From contig CM074809.1 in NCBI GenBank assembly GCA_037447605.1, forward strand, positions 424,689 through 488,688: DNA of 64,000 nucleotides, in the 5' to 3' direction. Under the pieces are notes generated by a model. It worked only from the letters and a program-made list of their open reading frames with translations, searched no databases and was not told where the DNA came from. Origin of the DNA: Zygnema circumcarinatum SAG 698-1b. Taxonomy: Eukaryota > Plantae > Zygnematophyceae. The translations under genes and the position numbers were made by a program. This document shows, one piece after another, positions 37,533-47,463 of this stretch (the first letter of the stretch is position 1; each line of letters starts with the position of its first letter).

Positions 37533-39039
37533 TTAATAGGGAGGGGGAGGAATAACACACAGTCATACACGCAACAAAAGCATAAGCGAAGGAACGAGAG
37601 GCACAAGCAAAGGAAGAGAAGACTGAGGCAAAGGCAACATAGCAAAGGGCAAAGGCAAAGGATGTCGGGGCAGGGGCAAGGGAGGTAAAATACGGAACGT
37701 GGAATGCGGAATGCGGAATGATGAATGAAGCAACAATACAAATAAAATAAAACCTACAGCAGCATTAGCATAAAAGCAAGAGCAAAAAAAGCAGCAGCAT
37801 ACAAAGCAGCAGCGACATCAGCAACAGCAGCAGCAACATCAACAGCAGCAGCAACATCAACAGCAGCAGCAGGAGCTGTAGCAGCAGCAGCAGGATAAGA
37901 AGCGGCTGGAGCTGCAGCAGTAGCAGCAGAAACAGCAGCAACAGCAGAAGCAGCAGCCGCAGCACAACAACAACAGCAGAAACAGGAGATGAAGAAGGAG
38001 GAAGCAGCAGGAGCAGAAAAAGCAAGAGCAAAAAAAAACAGCAGCAACATCAACAGCAGCAGCAGGATGAGAAGCGGCAGCAGCTAGAGCAATAGCAGCA
38101 GAAACAGCAGCAACAGCAGTACCAGCGGCAGCAACACAACACAAAAATAATAGCAGAAACAGCAGATGAAGAAGAAGAAGAGGCAGCAGCAGCAGCAAAA
38201 AAACCAAAAGAAAAAAAGCGCCAGCTTAAAAAGCAGGAGCAACATCAACAACAACAGCATAAAAAGCAGCAGCAGCAGCAGTAGCAAAAAGAGCACCAAG
38301 GGAGACAAGGGGGGCATGAGCAAAGGCGAGGGAGGCAGGGGCAGGTGCAAGAGCACAGGAGGCAGGGGCAAGGGAAAGGGAGGCAGGGGGAAGGGCAGGG
38401 AAGGCAGGTGCAGAGGCAAGGGCAAGGGAGGCAGGTGCAAGGGCACGGGAGGCAGGGGCAAGGGTAAGGGAGGCAGGGGCAAGGGCAAGGACTCACCGCT
38501 GCTCAAGTCCGCCGTCGTCCCTAAAAACCGATCGCGCTTTTGCCGTGGTCGACGGCACACCGCTCACCGTTCACCGTTCACTGGGGTGAGGCGAGAGGAC
38601 GCTCTGCTCACTCCGCTGCAAGGATGGCTCGGGCGATGGCGAGGGAGGAGCCCTATACCCTAAACCCGAGCTGATCTGAGCTCGCTGAGAGCGAGCAGAC
38701 GGGCAGGCGGCGGGCGCGAGGCGCCGCGGCGGGACGCCGCTCGCGCGGTGGTGACGCGCATGGCGACAAAACGGAGGGCGGCGGGCGGCGGGCGGCGGAG
38801 GGAGCGCGGGGGGGCGAAAAGGTGGGAGTCAGACTTGGCCCGGAGATACGGAGGCAAAATAATTGCTATCTGGAATTCGTGACGCCCGAGCCTGTCGAAC
38901 GTCCACTTTTCGCGGAATTGGGCTGCCGTACAACGCGGAATTAGGGTCGGGGGTTTTCTGAATTGATTTGGCGCTGGTCTAAGTCTGACTCCCCCTATTG
39001 ATAACACGAACCTTATACTGGGGAGCCGAGCCACCTGGT

Positions 39040-39680
39040 GTCCCCACGGCCGACTATTCGTGGCGAGCGCGGAGTTCGCCCTGATTTGGCTCTTATGGAT
39101 GGTGCCCGGCGCTTTTTTGGGAAAATATTGTGTTGGCCGATCCAACCCGTCGCGATTTATTGTCACGTGCAGCACATCATGAAGGCGTGGCTGCTCGCGA
39201 TGCGGCCCTTCGCAAGGAGCGTGCATATGCTCACCGTGATGCAGTCGACGAGTTTGTTCCTATGGCTATTGAGATTTTTGGCTGCCTCGACACCCTTTTG
39301 GACACCTTCCTTCGCCAGTGCGCCCATCGCTCCTTCAAGATGCACGGCCCCGGAAGCCCTCCTCCGGGGATCTTGGTTACCTTTTATCGACAGCGTATTT
39401 CTGTCGCCCTTCAGCGTTGCCTCGCTTCTACGCTTCTTCGGCGTGCTGCAGTTGTTGGTGATCGTGTTGGCGGACTTCCGCCGCTCCCTCCTCGTGACGT
39501 GCCTCACATCGGTGACCTTCGCGGCTGCTTCTAGGGCTGCGTTGTTGTGCCTAGGCGTAGTTTTCCGCTCCTAGCTTCGTTTTATTGTGTTTTGGTCCTT
39601 GTGACCAGTCCTTCGTGGTTCCACATTTTGCCTTTGTCCATGTACATATTTGATGGCCTCGCCATCGCGAGTTCAATGAA
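39040..39680 (+). mobile_element. 5'-truncated non-LTR retrotransposon tail (restriction-like endonuclease domain, CRE/R2-type) plus 3' UTR
   Basis: RPDLALMD...LADPTR...AARDAALRKERAY...FVPMAIEIFGCL...FL...FYRQRISVALQRCLASTLL is the C-terminal pattern of RLE-type LINEs. Homologous copies at ~58740 and ~61630. Confidence 0.7.
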
Positions 39681-40282
39681 AGTTTGTCCGTCCTTATACT
39701 GTGTTTGCAAATTCCAAGATTTTCGCCCCATATTTGCCGAAACCATGGCGAAAATATGAGGGGTCTCTACTGTAGTTAGTTCGATGCATTATTCAGACGA
39801 AGATGATGACTTTCCTGAGAAATTTCTGACTGAAACTGAACATCACCCTTTAGTCATTAGTCAGACTCGATAGTCAGTCGAAGAAAGTGGCTTAAAGGAT
39901 GTTCTCTTTTACGGTACGGTAGTCACGCTCCCTTCGGGCCTCTGTCCCACGCCCGCGCCATCCAGTGACTCGCCGCGGCCCTTCCTGCGGGAGCCGCGGC
40001 GGGCGATAGGGACAGGCGGGGCGCTGCAAGTCCTGCAAGTCCTGCAAGTCCTTCAAGTCCCTCCCGCCTGCTTCCGCCGATGACGATGAGAAAGACGATT
40101 GGTCAATCGCCAATCAGACGCGCCCGTGAGGCGTCTCTCCTGAAAAGTCTTTTTTCACACCGCTGTGTTGCAGCGAGAGGCGCCTGGCGGGCGGGAGTAC
40201 GGTGAGGGAGGAGGGAGGAGGAGGCGGAGGAGGAGGAAGAGGAGGAGGAGGAGGAGGAGGAGGAGGAGGTGTAACGTCAGGG

Positions 40283-43200
40283 ATGAAGCGAATGGTGGCG
40301 CTTCTCCTTTGGGCGCTCCTTGTAGCGCCATGGCGGGGAGTTGCAGGTGAGGGGGGAACAGAGGGAGGGAGGGAGGGAGGGAGGGAGGGAGGGGTGTCTA
40401 TTGTCTCCTAATGTCTATTTTATTTCTTCCCTACTCTGATTCTTATCTTTCCCTTTTCAAATCGACTGTGAACAGGAGAAGGAGCTTCCCTTGAAGTGGT
40501 TCCGACAAACGCAACTCGCCGGAGCCTGCTTCCGATATCGACTGACGGTCAGCGACTGACTGCCGCTACAGGCGGATCTTAATGTCGCATTGCGTGCACG
40601 ACTCCTGCACATGCATTGATTGCTGTTCCATTGTGTCCTGTTTCCCTTTTCTTTGTTTTGTGCTTAGCTCTTGTACATTTATGTGTGTATTCATCGTTCT
40701 GCTACGAGTTTTTTTCGTGTTCCTTTATTGTTTTACATCTTTATTGTCCATATAAAGTATTGCTTCTCATTTTTCATTTTGCTTAGTCCTTGCTCGTGTT
40801 TTGTGTTTCCAAACTAAGTATGCTGCTGTCTACCATCTGGTACTAGGATTTTTTTTCTCACATTTCATTCCTATCAAGTGCTGCGCTTGATGTCTTAATC
40901 GCTATTAGGTATCATGCGCATTTCTATCTTTCAATTCCTCTCTTCATCTTTTGTTTATGTACTTGACCTTTTACCTTTTTACCCTTTTGTTACATGTATT
41001 TCACCTTCTTGTTTGTTTGTTTACTGTTGCTTGCGTGTCGTATTTGGATGTTGCTGCGTCGTTCGTTTTCTTTCAGGCAGTTGCGGGTCCGCGGCGCAGC
41101 GGCGATGCCCCGACACTTCGTGCTGCTCTCAGTACAACTGGTGCGGCTACACGGACGAGTACTGCTTGGCAGGATGCCAGACCGCGTACGGACGATGCAG
41201 TGAGTGAGCCGAGGGCAACCAACCAACCGCCCGCCTCCAAAGGCTGTCCTGTCCTGTCCTGTCCTGTTCTGTCCTGTCCTGTCCTGTCCTGTTCTGTCCT
41301 GTTCTGTCCTGTCCTGTCCTGTCCTGTCTTGTCCTGTCCTGTCCTGTCCTGTCCTGTCCTGTCCTGTCCTGTCTTGTCCTGCATGCAGGCGAGGGTGAAG
41401 GTTCTTTTTCTTTTTGGTGCTTTGGTCGACGGCTGTGCCATCGCAAGTTTTGTATAGTGACCCCTCTGCTTTACAATAACCACGAAGGCTGCACGTGTGT
41501 GAAGTGAGCTGAGAGCAGTGCTCGCAGGACTCTAGGACAGAAGGACCTACTCCAAAATGACAAAATGCATGTCGTTCGGTGTTCGGTTAATCATGATGTT
41601 CTTGTCAAATGTTGTGTCGGCGCGACCTAAAAGTACTGCAACCCATTTCAGACCGTTGAAGTTTGATTAGATTAAGCATGAACGGGATGAATCCTTTGCA
41701 CGATTCATGTGCTATTGGAGTTGAGACACTGACAAATCTTCCACTATATTGTTTTTTTTTTGTCGGCGTTCCGCCAACAACAACTCTGCAGTCTCCTCAG
41801 ATGGTAATTACCTTTCCAATTAACCTTTCGAGCTATAAGTTAATAACAAGGACTAAATAATAATGTCAATGGCTCGTGTTGAGCGTCTGTGCACCATCCG
41901 ACGGTTACGTTCTGTGAATTTTTGCTGGAGTGTTGCAGCGTTCTGAACACATTTGATGAATCTCAGGCTATACACAGGACCTATGCGGGTCCATGTGCAT
42001 GCATAGCTATGCCTAAGTTTGTGCAATCGAAGAAGAGAATATTAGGGTTCCCAAGAGGCATGCCCATCACAATCATTTGCACGGCTTTCTTGCGATGCTG
42101 CACAATCAGGCAGTTGCACCTTCTTGCAGCCGTCTGTTGAGAAGTTCACTTCCTTGAGATACGTTTTTCCATTCGAATGCATTCCATCAGCTATCTTCTT
42201 GCATAGGCATATGTGGATGGATACTTCGCAGTAGTCAGGGGAGGCTTTGGTCTCAGCCGACCATTGAAACCCTAAAGTTTAAACCTTGCCAGAGTTGCTG
42301 ATGTTTCATAACTCTGCCTCTTTCAGGTACTTGCGGACCCTCGGTGAATCTCTTCTGTCCCCGTAACTCATGCTGCTCTCAATATAACTGGTGCGGCTAC
42401 ACAAGTGACTATTGCGGGTCTGGATGTAAACCAGCGTTTGGAAGATGCGGTGGGAGGCTCTCACTCCTCCCTTCTCTCTGCAATGTCGAAGTCTATTTCT
42501 TTAGCAAATTGAGCTTTGGCGACTGCAGGAAGGTGCTATTGGCGTCTTCATGCTTTGAGGGATCACATGATTGTTGGAATCGACTGAAGATGTTCTGCTT
42601 CAAAAGAGAGAGAGGGAAAAGGTTATTGTAATCACAGATAGAGGCTATCCGCACACATGAATTACACTTTTGGGTAATGGAAGTTGACGATTCTTTTTAT
42701 TTGTCTTTGTGACAAGTTGCCATGTGCGTTTACGGTGCAGATCTACCCTCTCCACCTCCTCCGTCGCCTCCACCACCTCAGTCGTCTTCAGCAGGTACTC
42801 TTTGTGGTCTGAGTACATACACACCTCAAGAGCACACTGCGATGACTTTGGTTCTTTCAAATGACAGTCAGTTGACACACTGTTGCACTTGGCTTTTTCT
42901 TTGTCTCTCGTTCTCCTTGCTTTCTCGCTCACTCTCTCTTTCTCCTTTCCCCACTTTCTCCCATGCGCAAACTCTCGTTTTTTCCTCTCTCCCTTCTCTC
43001 TCCCTCTCTCCCTTTCTCTCTCCTCGCCCGCTCTCTACTTTACTCTCTCCTGTGCACACGCACACACATCAATTCCATGTCTTTGTGCTTGCAGTGAATC
43101 TGAAGCTCTGGACCGATACCTCAATAGGGAACTTCCTTGTCGTGCCCTCGAATTCGTTCAACGCGTGGTCTGCCGAGGGAAACAATTCTAATGTCGGAGC

Positions 43201-45030
43201 TCAAGTTCAATTTTCTGACTGTAAGTATGGCCGCACAGCTTAGTGGGATTATCACTTGAGATATCCTTAACCTGGTTCTGCCAATGCAACTTTCACAATA
43301 TTTTCGAATCTCGCTTTATGTGGCGACAACTTTTTCTGCCCCTTAACATGCAGCATGCATGCGATTTCGTCGACATGCATTTCTTTGTCTCGCTTTCGAT
43401 GCGTATAATTCATTGTTTCTGAACAAAGAAGCTCTGTTGCGATTGCAGATCCTGACGGATTTGATGGTAACGTCGGAGCCCTGTGGTTCCTCAACAAGGT
43501 CGGAAGCGCTTACTCTTTTCAGCAAACGCGGGGAACGTGTTTGGATGTTCCAGGAGGTAGCACAGATGTTGGCACAATCTTGACTATATGGAGTGAGCTT
43601 CTGCCCTGGTTCAAACCAATACACAAGACATAATTGAGCTCTCTTCGTCCTATACAGAGTTTACGCTATCTGGATATTTGAGTTGATCACTTGGACCTGA
43701 AACAGTTTTAAGATACGGAAAGGATAACACGTGGGCAGTGGAAGAATCGTCCAGATGCGTTTCTTAAGGATTCCTTGAATGTTGTTGACTAGTCTTAGAC
43801 GCTGGTGCTATTCTCAAATCTTTGTGTCGGTGCTATTCTCAAATCTTTGTGTCTGATGTCTATATGGGATGGCGAATGGGTTGCAGCATGCCATGGCGGT
43901 AGCAATCAGCTGTGGACGCCCATCTACAGCAGCTCTGTGGATTTCTCCGTTCAATGGCAGAACGTAAACTCCGGCTTGTGCCTCGACGCTGCCGGGTCCC
44001 GCAATGGCGATTACCTAGTTCAGTGGTATTGCAAGTCTGCCGATGCTCCCGACAACGCCAACCAGCTGTGGCTGCCACTACGCCGTACACTTGTCAACAA
44101 CTTAGCCTGTGAGTGTCCCCGTGGCTTTGAGTGAGCATGGGGGGAGTGCTGCTTGCACCGCCTGCCCTGCCCCTTGAGCGCTCGTCCCTGTCACTGTCCC
44201 TGCCCTGTGCGTGCAGCCCCGTCCGGGCTGGCGGCACCGCCCGCAGGCAGCGATATCGGCACGACGCGCCTGAACGTGCTGTCGCGGCACGCGAGCTGGA
44301 CGGACGCCCTCCCGCCCGCCGTCGACTGGTCCCCGTACTTCGGCCCCGCCAAGGACCAGGGCGCATGCGGTGCCTAAACCCTCAACCCTATACCTTAAAC
44401 CCGAAACCCGAAACCCGAAACCCGAAACCCGAAACCTTAAACCCTACACCCTAAACCCGAAACCCTAAACCCTACACCCTAAACCCTCAACCATACACCC
44501 TCCACCCTCATATCCAAAACCCTCACACCCAAAATTCTAAACCCTACACCCTAATGCCCTCAACCCTCAACCCTACTCTACCCTTCCACCCTCACATCCT
44601 AACCCCAAACCCTCAACCCTCCACCCTCACATCCTAAACCCTAAACCCTACACCCTTCACCCTCCACCCTAATGCTCTCAACCCTCAACCCTGAACTCTA
44701 CCCCTCCACCCTCACATCCTAACCCTCAACCTTCCACCCACATTTTAACCCAAAACCCTCCACCCTCACATCCTAACCCTCAACCCTCCACCCTCAACCC
44801 TCCACCTTCAACCCTCCACGCTCACATCCTAACCCAAAACTCTCAACCATACACCCTCCACCCTCACATCCTAACCCTCAACCCTCCACCCTCACATTCT
44901 AACCCTCAACCCCCCACCCTCACATTCTAACCCTCAACCCTCCACCCTCACATCCTAACCCTTAACCTTCCACCCTCACATCCTAACCCTCAACCTTCCA
45001 CCCTCACATCCTAACCCTCAACCTTCCACC

Positions 45031-45061
<31 letters not shown>

Positions 45062-45062
45062 C

Positions 45063-45094
<32 letters not shown>

Positions 45095-47409
45095 ACTCTC
45101 AACCCTCCACCTTCAACCCTCCACCATCAACTCTCCACCCTCAACCCTCCACCCTCACATCCTAACCTTCAACCCTCTACCCTCACATCCTAACCCTCAA
45201 CCCTCCACCCTCAACCCTCCACCCTCAACCATCCACCCTCCACCCTCACATTCTAACCCTTAACCCTCCACCCTCCACCCTCACACCTCCACCCTCCACC
45301 CTCACATCCTAACCCTCAACCCTCCACCCTCAACCCTCCACCCTCAACCCTCCACCGTCAACTCTCCGCCCTCAACCCTCAACCCTCCACCCTCACATCT
45401 CAACCCTCCACCCTCAACCCTCCACCATCAACCCTCCACCCTCCACCCTCACACCCTAACCCTCAACCCTCAACTCTCCACCCTCACATCCTAACCCTCC
45501 ACGCTCACAACCTAACCCTCCACCCTCCACCCTCCACCCTCCACCCTCCACCCTCCACCCTCCACCCTCCACCCTCCACTTTCCACCCTCCACCCTTACA
45601 CCCCTCCACCCTCCACCCTCAACCCTTCACCCTCAACCCTTCACCCTCAACCCTCCACCTTCCATCCTCAACCCTCCACCCTCAACCCTCCACCCTTATA
45701 CCCCTCCACCCTCCACCCTCACACTCTCCACCCTCCACCCTCCACCCTCCTCCCTCACACCCTTCACCCTCCACCCTCACATCCTGACCCTTTAACCCTA
45801 ACCCCTGCCCGGCATCCCGCAGGGTCGTGCGCGGTGTTCGCGGCGGTGGCCGCGGTGGAGGGCGCGTACGGCGTGTGGCGCGGGCCCCCCCCCGCGGCGG
45901 TCGCGCTCGCGGAGGCGCAGGTCCGGGACTGCTCCGGGGTCGGTTCGTGCCTGGGCGGGTGGCCCGCGCGCGTCCTCGACTGGCTCGCGGCGGCCTCGGG
46001 CGGCCTCGCCACGGCGACGGCGTACGGACCGTACAGCGCGCAAACGGAGGCCGCTTGCCGGGTGGGCACACATGGCTTTCCCAAGCGTGACTTTAAAGAG
46101 CTATGGCGAGTAGTGTTCCGTACTATACACCTTGAGGTTCGATACAGTGTATAATACCGTATTAATACAGTATCATACGCTGTATAATGCTCAGGTGCTA
46201 GTGTTGAGATTTGTACAATCGGACATAGATTCGTACGGAACTTTTGTATGGAAGTGTACGCAATTGTACGGATCGAGTCACACGTGTTGTGTTTAGAAAG
46301 TGACGTGAATCCTTAGTCCCTTAGCCCCTTCTACTACTTCTACTTCTTGCTGGAGGAGTATCATCATTTTGTTGTTGCTCTTCTTCTCTTATCCTTCTCA
46401 TGATGCCTTCACCGATGTAGGTAGCAGCATTACCACATGGCCCATCATCACCGTCCCCTTTGAAACTGCTCTTGTAGACCTATGTTTTCAATACAACTAT
46501 TTTGAGACTGGTATAAGGTGTCCTAGAGCTGCCTTACGGCTTGAAGCTTCAATTATTATAATCAATCTCTGTCTAACTAGCAAGAAAACGAAGAAAAGAC
46601 TTTAAATACATATAAAGTACTCTGTATTTTAAAATGTCGTATAATACATACGTATTATACAGTGTATTATAAACGCGTTTGATACATACGGATCACTTAT
46701 GGCGACCTAAACATGACCTTGTGAATATGACTGTCGTCTTTATTGACTTTATAGAGTTCATTGACCCTTTTACATGACTTCACTAGGTGCCAAATTTCAA
46801 GGCTTGACTTTATTGAGGTATTGTGTCGTCGCATGCACTCGTGCTGATCCTTGGGCCATGTCCGACGATTTGATTACGTTCTTCAGGATTTTAAGGGTTT
46901 GCGCAATCTCTAGCGTTTAGAGTATGGAAGGGAGGGGTCGTACGGTTGACTGTTCTTTTGTTCTGAAGTCACTTTGGTGGAGGGGACTCCGTGAATGCTG
47001 ATGTACTTTTTGAGCTTGTGCGGATGCTGAGCAGGCTGCGTCCGTACAGCGGACAGTGTATGTGCTGAGATATGAGCAGGTTCCTGCGTCCAATGTTTTG
47101 GCCCTCAAAGCTGCTGTCAGCCGACAGCCCGTCACAGCGTTCATAACTCTCACACAACAGCTCATGGTGTGGAACACGGTGAGAAAATAGCACCTACTTT
47201 GAACCTCTATTATCCGGGTTAAATAAATCATGGCATGGGATACCCATTTTGACTGGTCATTTCTTCAATAAGTGAACCACCATGTTTCGAAGATGAAGTC
47301 TCTGCTTGTCTTACAAGGCTTTATGTAGTATAAGTGGACTTCCATGCTGCTCACTCCATTCATTGAGATTATGCTTTAAACTATTCAAAGCATACCCTAA
47401 TTTTCTGCT

Positions 47410-47463
<54 letters not shown>

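Larger units (their letters stand above)
34403..38996. mobile_element. 4.6-kb non-autonomous TIR element with 3-bp TSD (PIF/Harbinger-related), internally a large imperfect inverted repeat
   Basis: TIR AGGGGGAGTCAGAC/GTCTGACTCCCCCT; TSD ATT at 34400-34402 and 38997-38999. Sub-terminal inverted blocks TTGTCGCCATGCGCGTCAC (~34653) and GTGACGCGCATGGCGACAA (~38751). CTG-rich left half, CAG-rich right half. No transposase ORF. Confidence 0.88.
34047..39772. mobile_element. Tc1/mariner (pogo-like) non-autonomous host element carrying nested insertions
   Basis: TA|CAGTAGACCACCTCATATTTTCC at 34047 and GCGAAAATATGAGGGGTCTCTACTG|TA at 39772. Internal 34060-34402 is the reverse complement of ~59400-59955. 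Confidence 0.7.

Noticed and set aside
34643-38663. Many 100-300 aa Leu/Cys/Ala/Lys-rich ORFs
   Set aside because: Products of CTG/CAG low-complexity DNA inside the TIR element; no domain, no transposase motif and no coherent splice structure.
41780-41805. Possible 12-nt micro-exon between the two hevein exons
   Set aside because: AG/GT signals exist and the phase would fit, but the gene is in frame without it and there is no independent support.
44374-44480. Chromosome end / true telomere
   Set aside because: It lies inside an intron with in-frame exons on both sides, and the repeats are degenerate.
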